Source: an uncultured bacterium (GTDB taxonomy: Bacteria; Gemmatimonadota; Gemmatimonadetes; Longimicrobiales; RSA9). Taken from it: 18,454 nt of DNA. The position numbers and the translations under genes were made by a program. The notes beneath the pieces were generated by a model. It was not told the origin of the DNA. It was given only the letters and a program-made list of their open reading frames with translations, and did no database searches. Numbering within the stretch: position 1 is the stretch's first letter; every line of letters starts with the position of its first letter. Below, piece by piece: positions 6,999 through 16,011 of this stretch. The stretch lies in the NCBI GenBank assembly GCA_937889645.1, contig CALBZE010000083.1, positions 1 to 18,454 on the forward strand. The letters run 5' to 3'.

Positions 6999-9900
6999 CC
7001 GGCCTCCGAGGCGAGGTTGGCGGCCGTCGACGCGTCAGGGGAGGAGTGCCCGGACCCGGTCGCGATGGTGCAGGCGGCGACGATGCGGTCGACGATCTCG
7101 ATCCCGATGAGCCCGCGCTCGATGTCGCGTGCGACCGCGCCGATCACGCGGGCGCGGACCTCGTCGGGCGAGAGCCGGTCGCGCGGGTCGAGGTAGCCGT
7201 GGCGCTCGAGGTATTCACGCAGCGCGTCGCAGGCGCTCGTGCGGAAGCGCGGGATCCGCCGCTGCTCGAGCGCGTCGATCAGCCGTGCGGCGTCGCCGCG
7301 GAGTTCCCGGCACAGTTCGTCGACGGCGTCGAGGAAGGCGCCGGTGATCGCGCCGGACTCGGCGAGCACGGCGCGGTCGACGGGTCGGCCGCGGCCGATC
7401 CTGGCGGCGGCGACGGCGGCCGCGAGCGCGCGGGCGGCGGCTCCGGCGCGGGCGTAGGCAGCCGCGTCGTCGCCCAGCAGCGTAAGCCCGCCGTGTTCGA
7501 CGAGGTTACGGAGCGCGCCCCACGTCTCGACGCGGAGCGAGAGGAGCCGATGGAGGCGCTCCGGATCGTCGAGAAGGTGCCAGAGGTGCGCCGTCTCGGG
7601 GTCGGCGTGGACGTCGATCGGCGGGACGCCGAGGACGCGGCCGTACTCGAGGTACGACGCGCCGGCGGGCGCGGGGATCGACGTCGCCGGCGGGTCGACG
7701 ACGGGGAGCGGCGTCGCCTGGCCGTCGCGGGCGATCCGCCGCACGTGGGCGAGGTCGATGAAGCGGGCGGGGACGTCGGGCCGGCTCTGGAGCACGCCGC
7801 GCCACTTTCCCACCTCGTCGGGCTGGGCGGTGAAGTAGAAGACCTGGCGGCCGTCGGCGGCGAGGGCGACGGCGGTCTCCATGATGGCGCGGGCGCGGTC
7901 GTCGTCGCTGTTGCCGAGCGTCTCGTCGAAGAGGAGCGGCAGGCGCGCGCCGGTCTCCTGGCTCTCGACGAAGGCGATGCGGACGGCGAGGAGGAGCTGG
8001 ACGCGCGTGCCGCTGGAGAGTTCGTCGAGCGCGCGGCCGACGCCGGTCGTCGTGTCGTAGGCGCGGAACGCGGGCGGCTCGCCGTCGTCGAAGTCGAGGC
8101 GGTAGCGGCCGTGCGTGATGCGGGCGAACAGCTCGCGGGCGCGGTGGAACACGTCGGGGCGGTGCTGGTCCCGGGTCGCGCGCTGGATGAAGCGGACGAG
8201 CGTGCCGGCGACGACGGCGTCGACATCCCGCTCGCGCGCCTCGCGCAACGCGTCGCGGGCGCGGGCGAGCTCCGCGAGTGCGGCCTCGAGGTCGTGGCCG
8301 CGCTTGGCCTGGTCGATCCGCTCCTCGATCCGGGCGATGCGGTCGCGAAGCTCTTGCGCCTCGTCGGCCTCGCCGCGCGCGGCGGCGAGGGCGTCGTGGA
8401 GCGCGGCGACGTCGTGCGCCTCGAGGCCGGGCTCGTAGCCGGGCTCGCGGGCGAGGCGATCGAGCGTCTCCTGCCGGCGGCGGGTCGCGTGGGCGAGCCG
8501 ATCGGCGGCCTCGCGGTAGGCGTCGAAGCGGTCGCACCAGTCGCGGACGACGGGTTCGTCGTCGGGGCCGAGGCCGAGGCGGTCGAGTAGCGCGCGGCGC
8601 TCGGCTTCGAGCGCGGCGATCGTCGTCTCGGCGTCGGCCAGGCGACGGCGCGCGTCGTTCGCGGCGGCGCTCGCCCGGGAGTGGGCCTCCCGGCGGCGTT
8701 CGAGGTCGGCGACGGCGGCAGAGAAATCCGCGACGGCGGCCGCGGGTTCGGCCCCGGGCATGACCCCGCACGGCACATACGGCGCGATCCGCTCCCACGC
8801 CTCGGCCAGCGCGGCGTCGAACTGCGCCCGCGCGTGGGCGAGCTTCGCCTCGACGCCGGCGACGGCCGTGGCAGCGTCGTGCCAGCGGGCGATCCCCTGG
8901 GCGAGCCAGACCAGTTTGCCGGGGTCGGTCTCGGGGCGGACGCCGAGCCGGGCCGCGATCGCGGCGCGGCGGCGTTCGAGGTCGTCGAGCGCGGGGTCGA
9001 GGTCGGCGCGCCGTCTGGCCAGGTCCGCGCGGCGGCGGGCGCGCTCGGCATCCAGCCGCGCCTCGGCGACTCGCCGTTCGAGGCGGTCGAGCGCGGCGGC
9101 GACGTCGCTCTCGGTCCAGCGGCCGGGCCCTTCGACGCCCCACCGGTCGAGCCGCAACCGTTCGAACTCGGCGCGGTGTACGGCGCGCGCATCGGCGGCC
9201 GCGGGTGTGCGGCGCAGGAAGATGCCGAGGATCACCAGGGCGACGAGCGCGAGCGCGATCCCGATGGCGCGCCCGACCCACGTGCCGGGGAACGCGACTC
9301 CGGCGAGCCACGCACCGGCGAGCGACGTCGCGAAAAGCAGCACCCCGATCACCACGCCGAGCGCGCGCAGACGGCGCTCGCTGCGCCCCTCCCCGGCCGC
9401 ATCGGCGTCGCCGCCGGCGCGGAGCCAGCGACGGAGCAACGCGGCGCCTTCCGCGAGGGCGTCGGCCGCCGCCCCATCGTCCGCACCGACGTCCTCGCCG
9501 AGCCACCGGAGCTCCGCGTCCGCCGCGGCTTTGCGGCCGAGGAGGTCCGCGGCGTCGCGGGCGAAGTCGGCGAGCTGGTCGATGGCGGCGGCGCCCTCCA
9601 CCGCGCCCGTCTCCGTCCACGCGGCGTCGATGTCGCGCGCGACCGCGTCGCGCCTGGCGACCGCGTCGTCGAGCTCGCGCTCGAGGGCCCCGATATCGCG
9701 GCGCAGCTCGTCCAGCTTCGCGGCACGCGCTCGCAGCGCGGTGATCGTCTGGTGCGGCACGCCGTCGTCGGGGAGTCCGGCGTCCCGGCGCTCGGCCTCC
9801 GCGGCCTCGAGGTCGCCGGCGGCGCGGGCGTGCCGTTCGCGCGCGTCGTCGAGCTTTGCGCGAATCGTCTCGAGGCGATCGGCCTCGTCGCCTTTGAGGC

Positions 9901-10603
9901 TTGCCATGGCGGCCGGGAACGCGTCCAGCGCGCGGCGGGCGTCGGCCTCGTCAGTGACGGCGCCGGCGTGCTCGATCGCGAGCTCGAGGAGGCGGACGCG
10001 GTCGGCGGCCCGGGCGGCGGCGGAAGCGCGTTCGCGAAGCGTCGCCAGCTCGCGCTCGTCCTCGCGCAGCTCGGCGTGGCGCGCCTCGGCCTGGCGCACC
10101 TTCTCGCGCGCGGCCTTGAGCGCGGCCAGCTCCTTGGAGCGACGCGATGCGCCGTCCTGCGCGCCGATCGCGTCGGCCGCGCGGGCGAGGTCGTAGCCGC
10201 CGGCGGACTCGCGGAGGATTTCTTCGGCGAGGGCGCGGTCCTCGGCGGCGAGGAGTTCGTGGAGCGAGAGGCGGTAGCGGTCGCGCGTCTCCGCGGGCGG
10301 GAGCGGCGGCGCGGACGCGTCCGCGCCGCCGCGCTGCCACCGCGCGCGCCCGGCCTCCGATTCGACGTACCACTCGTCGCCGGCGACGCGGAACCATCCC
10401 GCCAGCGACGCCCGGTCGGGCGCGGCCGCGCGTGGCCAGAGGAGCGCCTCGATCGCGCGCGCCGTCGTCGTCTTCCCCGACGCGTTCGGCCCGTGGACGA
10501 CGTTCACGCCGGGCGAGAGGTCGTCGAGGCGGTAGCCGCCGTCGTCCACGCCGGGCATGCGGCGGATGGCGACGCGTTCGAAGCGGAGCGCGTCGCGGCT
10601 CAT
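6995..10603 (-). CDS. SbcC/YhaN-like SMC-type AAA ATPase, membrane-anchored by two central TM helices, with a C-terminal extension of about 270 aa
   Basis: Walker A VNVVHGPNASGKTT at aa 33-46. Long Ala/Arg/Glu coiled-coil. Hydrophobic pair LGVVIGVLLFATSLAGAWLAGVAF / AIGIALALVALVILGIFL at aa 414-463 (nt 9215-9364). ABC signature/Walker B LDELSSGTRVQLLLAVRIA...LPLLFDETLGNSDD, then D-loop/H region. An extra tail of about 270 aa covers nt 6998-7810. Confidence 0.85.
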   Translation of the reverse strand: MSRDALRFERVAIRRMPGVDDGGYRLDDLSPGVNVVHGPNASGKTTTARAIEALLWPRAAAPDRASLAGWFRVAGDEWYVESEAGRARWQRGGADASAPPLPPAETRDRYRLSLHELLAAEDRALAEEILRESAGGYDLARAADAIGAQDGASRRSKELAALKAAREKVRQAEARHAELREDERELATLRERASAAARAADRVRLLELAIEHAGAVTDEADARRALDAFPAAMASLKGDEADRLETIRAKLDDARERHARAAGDLEAAEAERRDAGLPDDGVPHQTITALRARAAKLDELRRDIGALERELDDAVARRDAVARDIDAAWTETGAVEGAAAIDQLADFARDAADLLGRKAAADAELRWLGEDVGADDGAAADALAEGAALLRRWLRAGGDADAAGEGRSERRLRALGVVIGVLLFATSLAGAWLAGVAFPGTWVGRAIGIALALVALVILGIFLRRTPAAADARAVHRAEFERLRLDRWGVEGPGRWTESDVAAALDRLERRVAEARLDAERARRRADLARRRADLDPALDDLERRRAAIAARLGVRPETDPGKLVWLAQGIARWHDAATAVAGVEAKLAHARAQFDAALAEAWERIAPYVPCGVMPGAEPAAAVADFSAAVADLERRREAHSRASAAANDARRRLADAETTIAALEAERRALLDRLGLGPDDEPVVRDWCDRFDAYREAADRLAHATRRRQETLDRLAREPGYEPGLEAHDVAALHDALAAARGEADEAQELRDRIARIEERIDQAKRGHDLEAALAELARARDALREARERDVDAVVAGTLVRFIQRATRDQHRPDVFHRARELFARITHGRYRLDFDDGEPPAFRAYDTTTGVGRALDELSSGTRVQLLLAVRIAFVESQETGARLPLLFDETLGNSDDDRARAIMETAVALAADGRQVFYFTAQPDEVGKWRGVLQSRPDVPARFIDLAHVRRIARDGQATPLPVVDPPATSIPAPAGASYLEYGRVLGVPPIDVHADPETAHLWHLLDDPERLHRLLSLRVETWGALRNLVEHGGLTLLGDDAAAYARAGAAARALAAAVAAARIGRGRPVDRAVLAESGAITGAFLDAVDELCRELRGDAARLIDALEQRRIPRFRTSACDALREYLERHGYLDPRDRLSPDEVRARVIGAVARDIERGLIGIEIVDRIVAACTIATGSGHSSPDASTAANLASEAG

Positions 10604-11985
10604 GCGCCCTCCTTCTGCGCGAGCAGCTCGTCGAGTAGGAGCGCGGCCTGGCGCGCAAGCGCTCCAGCGGCGACGGCGCGGGCGTCGACGTCGTCGCCCA
10701 GGCCGAGGTAGGGCTTCGCGGCGTAGACGTCCTGGACCGCGGCGGCCGCGTCGCGGAGGAGCGGCTCCAAATCCTCCGACACCGCGACGCCGGCACCGAT
10801 CGGCGCGCCCGCGTCGGCCGGGGGCGCCGCCTTCCCCCTGCTCTCTCCTGCCGCACCGGCTGCGGTCGCCGCCTCATCCCTGCCCTCCCCGCCCGCCTCC
10901 AGCGCGAGCAGCAACCGCGCGAGCAACCCGACGGGGTCGTTCCCCTGTGCCAGCTCCGCCAGGTCGCGCGCCGGGCGAGTCCGGACCTCTACGCTCTCGA
11001 CGTACCCCGCGACCGGCCCGGAGCCGAGCTCGAGGTCGGTGCGGAGCGCCTCGAGCCGCGCGGCGATCGAGCGGTGCAGCGGCGTCCGGCCCACGACGCG
11101 GAGCCGGCAACTCAGGTGGCGGAGCGCGTCGCCGCCCGAGGCAACGTCCGCGAGGTGCGCACGCAGCGCCGTCGTCACGCGCCGGTCGACCTCCGCCGGG
11201 TCGGCCACGCCGTCGACATCGACCTCGACGGCGTCGTAGCGCACCGAGGAGAGCGGGACCATGCGCGCGCGGAACGAGCGCCCGGGCCCGACCTCCACGA
11301 TCCAGACGCCGTGCGCGCCCGGCTCGCCCGGGTCGAGCGCCTGCGGCGAGCCGGGGTAGAGGACTGGCGCGGCGCCGGGCTCCTCGAACAGCCGCGGCGC
11401 GTGGATGTGGCCGAGGAGCCAGAAGTCGACCGGCGCGGCGCGCAGCTCGGCGAGCGAGACAGGCGCATAGTCGCTCCCGGGCTGGTCGAGGTCGGCGTGG
11501 AGGAGGCCGAGGACGGGCGCGTCGTCGCCCGGCGAGCCGAGCGCGAACGAGCCGAGGGGGCTCTCGCGGACGCGCGCCTCCGGAAACGACCAGCCGACCA
11601 CATGGATTGCCTCGCCCCCGCGGCGTGCAGTCACCCGCTCCCAGCGCCCGCCGCGCCCCAGGAGCCGGAACCGGTCGCCGCCGAGCTCGTCGGCGAGGCG
11701 CGGGAAGACGTCGTGGTCGTGGTTGCCGGCGACGGCGACGGTCAGAATCCCGGCCTCGGCGAGGCGGCGGATCCCGGCCTCGAGCGGGCCGGTCGCCTCG
11801 TAGTACCGGTTCGCCTGGTCGACGACGTCGCCGCTCAGGGCGACGACGTCGACCTTCTCGGCGAGCGCGAGGTCGACGATCCGCGTCCAGCACGCGGCGC
11901 TCGAGACCTCGCGGCCGTCGACGTGCTCCGGCAGTCGCGCCGAGCGGCGGCCGATGTGAACATCACCGCAGCAGAGGATCTTCAC
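10600..11985 (-). CDS. SbcD/Mre11-like calcineurin-family metallophosphoesterase (DNA repair exonuclease subunit, YhaO-like)
   Basis: VKILCCGDVHIG, GDVVD, GNHD and GHIH motifs are the Mre11/SbcD phosphoesterase motifs I-IV. Stop and start overlap (ATGA) with the downstream ATPase at 10600-10603. Start chosen at the GTG at 11985 (VKIL...); the ORF track's alternative ATG at 12102 would add a 39-aa R/A-rich leader. Confidence 0.8.
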   Translation of the reverse strand: MKILCCGDVHIGRRSARLPEHVDGREVSSAACWTRIVDLALAEKVDVVALSGDVVDQANRYYEATGPLEAGIRRLAEAGILTVAVAGNHDHDVFPRLADELGGDRFRLLGRGGRWERVTARRGGEAIHVVGWSFPEARVRESPLGSFALGSPGDDAPVLGLLHADLDQPGSDYAPVSLAELRAAPVDFWLLGHIHAPRLFEEPGAAPVLYPGSPQALDPGEPGAHGVWIVEVGPGRSFRARMVPLSSVRYDAVEVDVDGVADPAEVDRRVTTALRAHLADVASGGDALRHLSCRLRVVGRTPLHRSIAARLEALRTDLELGSGPVAGYVESVEVRTRPARDLAELAQGNDPVGLLARLLLALEAGGEGRDEAATAAGAAGESRGKAAPPADAGAPIGAGVAVSEDLEPLLRDAAAAVQDVYAAKPYLGLGDDVDARAVAAGALARQAALLLDELLAQKEGA

Positions 11986-12156
11986 GGGCAGTCGGCTCGT
12001 GACGGTCGTGTGTTGCGGGGCGACGCGGGCCGCCTTGGCGCCCGGCCGGGGGGCGACGCGGCCGGTCCGGGCCCGCCGGGTCGCCTCCCCCTGGCGTCGC
12101 ACTCGCCCCCCAAGGTAGCGCGACCGGCTGACAACGGCACGGGTGGGGTCGCCCGG

Positions 12157-13671
12157 TCACCCGCCTTCCGCCCACCTCCGCACCAGCTCCGCCCCGCCGT
12201 GCATCCCCTGCGTCCCGATGAGCACGAGCAGGTCGCGGTCGCTGATGCGGTCGAGCGTGTGGCGGATCGCGTCGTCGAGGCGGTCGTGGTGCACGACGTC
12301 GACGCCGCCGACCCGCAGCGCGTCGAGGAACGCCTCGCGCTCGTCGTCGGCGACGCGGTTGGCGGCGTCCACGGCCTCGCGGCTGCTCGTCGCCGTCAGC
12401 GAGTCGAACCGCAGCCGACGCGACCAGATCGCGATGGTCTCGCCGTAGCGGCGGTTGAGCTCGACGCCGCGGCCGCCGCGGATCGCGGCGACGAGGTGTA
12501 CCCGGTTGCGGCGGAGCCCGGCGACAACGTCGAACAGGACGCAGAGCGCGTCGGGGTGCGTCGCGGTGTCGTCGAGGAGCGCGAAGCGGCCGCAGCGCTC
12601 GTACTGGAGCCGCCGCGGCGGCGGGCGCACGGCGGCGAGCCCTTCGCGGACCTGCTCCGGCGAAGCGCCCAGGCAGAGCCCGGCGACGGCCGCGAGCGCA
12701 GCGTTGCGCGCGTTCGACCGGCCGAGCAGCCCGAGCCCGATCGGGATGCGGCCGGGCGGGACCGTGCCGCCGTCGACCGTCGGGATCGGCCGGGCGACAT
12801 CCAGGAGAATGCTGCACCCGCGCGCGCCGTGGCGACGTCGCCGGACCCGCACGCTCGCGCCGCGGCCGGGGCCGCACGCCACGCCCGTGACCGGACTCGC
12901 CTCGACCAGCCGGCCGACGATCCGCTCGTCGCGCGGGTAGACGACGACGCCGTCCGGGCGGACGTGGTCGAGGAAGCGCGACTTCGCCTCGACATAGCGG
13001 CGGAAAGAGCCGTGGTAGTCCCCGTGCTCGAGGGGCGCGATGCAGGTGAAGACGCCGAGCGCGAAGTCGAGGCCGTGGATCCGGTCCTGGACCAGCCCCT
13101 GGCTGGTCACCTCCATGGCGCAGACGGTGCACCCCGCCGCGGCGACGCGGGCGAGTGCGTCGTGCAGCGCGAGGGGGTCCGGCGTGGTGAGCTGCTGCGG
13201 CTCGTGCGGCTCGCCGGGGAGCCGCATCCCGAGGAAGTCCGAGCCGATGATCCCCGCGCACACGCCGGCGCGCCCGAGGATCGCGTCGAGCATGTTCAGC
13301 GTCCCTGTCTTGCCGAACGAGCCGGTGATCCCGACGAGGCGGAGTCGCCGGCCAGGCCAGCCGTACCACGCGGCGGCCAGCTCGGCCAGGGCGCGGCGGG
13401 TGTCGGGCACGCGGAACGCCGGCGCCGCCGCATCGACCGCGGCGCCGTGCTCGACCACCACCGCCGCCGCGCCCCTCCGCACGGCCTCCCCCACGAACAG
13501 GTGCCCGTCGGTCCGGCGGCCGCGGAGCGCGACGAAGAGGTCGCCGGGCTCGACCTCCCGCGCGTCGAAGACGATGCGCCGCGCTCGGACCTCGCCCGCC
13601 CCGGCCGGCGCTTCGACGCCGGTGAGCCCGCGGAGCAGCGGGGCGACGGGGCGAGCAGGGCCGGGGCGCAT
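12157..13671 (-). CDS. Mur ligase family protein, MurE/MurF-type (UDP-N-acetylmuramoyl-peptide ligase-like)
   Basis: N-terminal domain FDAREVEPGDLFVALRGRRTDGHLFVGEAVRRGAAAVVVE matches the MurE/F pattern DSRxVxxGDLFVAxxGxxxDGHxF...GAxA. ATP-binding LVGITGSFGKTGT is present. The C-terminal LLDDTATHPDA is a divergent version of DDSYNANP. Start MRPGPARP at 13671. Confidence 0.7.
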   Translation of the reverse strand: MRPGPARPVAPLLRGLTGVEAPAGAGEVRARRIVFDAREVEPGDLFVALRGRRTDGHLFVGEAVRRGAAAVVVEHGAAVDAAAPAFRVPDTRRALAELAAAWYGWPGRRLRLVGITGSFGKTGTLNMLDAILGRAGVCAGIIGSDFLGMRLPGEPHEPQQLTTPDPLALHDALARVAAAGCTVCAMEVTSQGLVQDRIHGLDFALGVFTCIAPLEHGDYHGSFRRYVEAKSRFLDHVRPDGVVVYPRDERIVGRLVEASPVTGVACGPGRGASVRVRRRRHGARGCSILLDVARPIPTVDGGTVPPGRIPIGLGLLGRSNARNAALAAVAGLCLGASPEQVREGLAAVRPPPRRLQYERCGRFALLDDTATHPDALCVLFDVVAGLRRNRVHLVAAIRGGRGVELNRRYGETIAIWSRRLRFDSLTATSSREAVDAANRVADDEREAFLDALRVGGVDVVHHDRLDDAIRHTLDRISDRDLLVLIGTQGMHGGAELVRRWAEGG

Positions 13672-13675
13672 CGCA

Positions 13676-15775
13676 TCACCTCGCGGGCGGCGGGGTGGCA
13701 GCGGGGACCGCGAGCGTGTCGGTCGCGACGCGTGGCCGGGCCCGGCCCCTCGGCCGCGGCCGCGGCGTGCCACACGCGACGTCGCGCACCGTGGTCGCCA
13801 GGAAGTACTCGGTGCGGGCGACGCCGTCGAAGACGCAATCGGGGCGGTAAACGCGCCCGGCATCGTCGACGCGCAGCTCGAGCACCGACGCCGGCATCGC
13901 CCACCCCGCCTCGCCCCGTGGCGCGATGCGTCGCATGATCCGACCCCAGAGCCTAGGCGCGACGCGGTCGCCCGCCGTGCCCCGGATGATCGGCCGCGGC
14001 AGGTCGAACCCGATCCACACGACCGCGACCCGGCTCGGCGTATACCCCGCGAACCAGTAGTCGACCGAGTTGTTGGTCGTGCCGGTCTTCCCGGCCGCGG
14101 GGCCGCGGTACCCCGCGAGCCGCACGGCGGTGCCGGTCCCACGGTCGACCACGTCGCGCAGGATGTCCGTGATCAAGAAGGCGACGCCGGGGTCGAGCAC
14201 GGCCTCGACCTTCGGGTCCTGACGCCAGACCTCGGTGCCGTCCGGGCGCCGGACGACCGACACGATGCGCGGCTCCGGCCGGCTGCCGAGGGTCGCGAAC
14301 GCGGCGTACGCGGCGGCCAGCTCGAGCGGCGTCGCCTCCGCGATCCCGAGCGCGAGCGACGGGACGCGCGGGAACGGGCCGCGCAGCCCCATCCGCCCGG
14401 CGAGCTCCGCGACGCGGTCGAAGCCGACCGCCTCGGCCAGCCGGATCGTCGCCGTGTTGCTCGAGACGACGAGCGCATCGCGCAGCGAGATCGACTCCGC
14501 GTAGCGGCCGTCGTAGTTGCGCGGCGCCCAGACCCGCCCGCCGCCCAGGTCGCGGCGGATCGGCGAGTCGTCCAGCTGGTCCGCGGGCGAGTAGCCGGCC
14601 ATGATCGCGGCGGCGTAGATGAACGGCTTGAACGTGCTCGCCGGCTGGCGCCACGCGCCGACCGCGCGGTTGAAACGCGAATGCGAGAAGTCCCGCCCGC
14701 CGACCATCGCGAGGACGTCGCCCGTCGCCGCGTCCAGCACCAGGACCGCGCCCTGGAGGTACGGCGTGCCGTCCGGGCGGGCGGCCGCGGTGTCGTCGTA
14801 GACGGGGTGCTCCCAGGGGCCGTACTGCCCGGCTTCCATCTCCGCGAGGAGCGCGCGCAGCTCGGCCTCGGCGACCGCCTGGGCCCGCGCGTCCAGCGTC
14901 GTGTGGATCGTGTAGCCGCCGGCGTAGAGCGCGTCGCCGATCTCGCGCTCCATGTAGTTGCGGACCTCCTCGACGAAGTACGGCGCGAGGTCGCCGGCGT
15001 CGGCCGTCGCCTCCGCGGTCACGAGCGGCGCGTCGTCCGCTTCGTTCGCTTCGTCCTCCGTGATCAACCCCTGCCGCCACATCTGGTGCAGCACGACCCA
15101 ACGCCGGCGATACGCGAGGACCGGGTTGCGGTGCGGGTCGAGCTGGTTCGGCGCGGTGACCATCCCGGCGAGGAGCGCGGCCTCGGCCAGGGTGAGCGTC
15201 GACGCCGGCTTGCGAAAGTATTCGCGCGCAGCCGCCTCGATCCCCCACGCGCCGCGGCCGAAATAAATATGGTTCAGGTACAGCTCGAGGATCTGGCGCT
15301 TGGTGTAACGCTCCTCGATCGCCGTCGCGACGCGCATTTCCGCGAGCTTGCGGCCGAGCGTGCGTTCGGTGTACGGAAGCCGGTCGGGGAACGCGTTGCG
15401 GGCGAGCTGCATGGTGATCGTGCTGAACCCTTGCCGGACGCCGAGCGAGCGGACGTTGGCGAGGAGCGCGCCGAAGGCGCGTCGCCAGTCGATCCCGCTG
15501 TGCTGCCAGAAGCGCTGGTCCTCGATCGCGACGAACGCCGCGGGTACGTGGGGCGGGAGGGAGTCGAGGGGGATGATCTCGCGCTGGACGACGTAGAGCC
15601 GGGCGAGTTCTACACCGTTGCGGTCGAGGACGACGGCCGCGCGGTCCGGCACGTACCCGTCCAGCCGTTCGATCTCCGGGCACCCCCCCACGCCGCACCG
15701 CTGCCAGAGCAACCAGGCCAGGCCGGCGAGGGAGAGCACTCCCAGGAATCCAATGATGCGTGGCCGGGTGGGCAA
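13676..15775 (-). CDS. Class A penicillin-binding protein (PBP1A; GT51 transglycosylase plus transpeptidase)
   Basis: N-terminal TM anchor. GT51 motifs EDQRFWQHSGID and TITMQLARNAF. Transpeptidase motifs STFKP (SxxK), SSN and KTGT. Confidence 0.9.
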   Translation of the reverse strand: MPTRPRIIGFLGVLSLAGLAWLLWQRCGVGGCPEIERLDGYVPDRAAVVLDRNGVELARLYVVQREIIPLDSLPPHVPAAFVAIEDQRFWQHSGIDWRRAFGALLANVRSLGVRQGFSTITMQLARNAFPDRLPYTERTLGRKLAEMRVATAIEERYTKRQILELYLNHIYFGRGAWGIEAAAREYFRKPASTLTLAEAALLAGMVTAPNQLDPHRNPVLAYRRRWVVLHQMWRQGLITEDEANEADDAPLVTAEATADAGDLAPYFVEEVRNYMEREIGDALYAGGYTIHTTLDARAQAVAEAELRALLAEMEAGQYGPWEHPVYDDTAAARPDGTPYLQGAVLVLDAATGDVLAMVGGRDFSHSRFNRAVGAWRQPASTFKPFIYAAAIMAGYSPADQLDDSPIRRDLGGGRVWAPRNYDGRYAESISLRDALVVSSNTATIRLAEAVGFDRVAELAGRMGLRGPFPRVPSLALGIAEATPLELAAAYAAFATLGSRPEPRIVSVVRRPDGTEVWRQDPKVEAVLDPGVAFLITDILRDVVDRGTGTAVRLAGYRGPAAGKTGTTNNSVDYWFAGYTPSRVAVVWIGFDLPRPIIRGTAGDRVAPRLWGRIMRRIAPRGEAGWAMPASVLELRVDDAGRVYRPDCVFDGVARTEYFLATTVRDVACGTPRPRPRGRARPRVATDTLAVPAATPPPAR

Positions 15776-15848
15776 GTGGCGTACCCCCTGGGTCGCGGCG
15801 GAGTCGGTGCTTCGGTGGGGGTATGCGGCAAGGGGGATACCAGGGGGA

Positions 15849-15981
15849 GGGCTCGGGGGTTCAGGGCATAGGGCTTGGGGCTCAGGGCTCAGGCGGGCGT
15901 CCGCCGGAGGCGGCGGGCCGTTCCCTGAGCCCTAGGCCCTGAGCCCTAGGCCCTGAGCCCTAGGCCCTAGCTCTAGGCCCC
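15849..15981. repeat. Solo (coreless) copy of the composite repeat: a G-rich heptad arm, a spacer of about 30 nt, then a C-rich heptad arm, forming a long imperfect inverted repeat
   Basis: gggctcgggggttcagggcatagggcttggggctcagggctcagg | cgggcgtccgccggaggcggcgggccgtt | ccctgagccctaggccctgagccctaggccctgagccctaggccctagctctaggcccc. The arms are heptad-level reverse complements. Confidence 0.85.
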
Positions 15982-16011
15982 GGGGGCGGCGGTGCGGGGG
16001 GATGCCCCCGC

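Noticed and set aside
7279-10711. Multiple long ORFs (7279..9192 -, 7506..9620 -, 8681..10711 +, 8760..10196 +, 7046..8590 +) inside the SbcC-like ATPase gene
   Set aside because: All are alternative frames or antisense of a single 1202-aa gene with Walker A/B/signature motifs. Their S/R/P/A-rich compositions are characteristic of high-GC frame shadows.
12003-12156. Possible promoter (ttgtca...) in the 170-bp gap between the mur ligase and sbcD-like genes
   Set aside because: No acceptable -10 at 16-18 nt spacing. The gap size itself depends on which sbcD start (11985 GTG or 12102 ATG) is correct.
10557-13938. Long + strand ORFs (10557..12002, 11074..13938, 13040..15871) antisense to the sbcD, mur ligase and PBP1A genes
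   Set aside because: They lie antisense to genes with strong catalytic motifs. Translations are R/P/G-rich low complexity.
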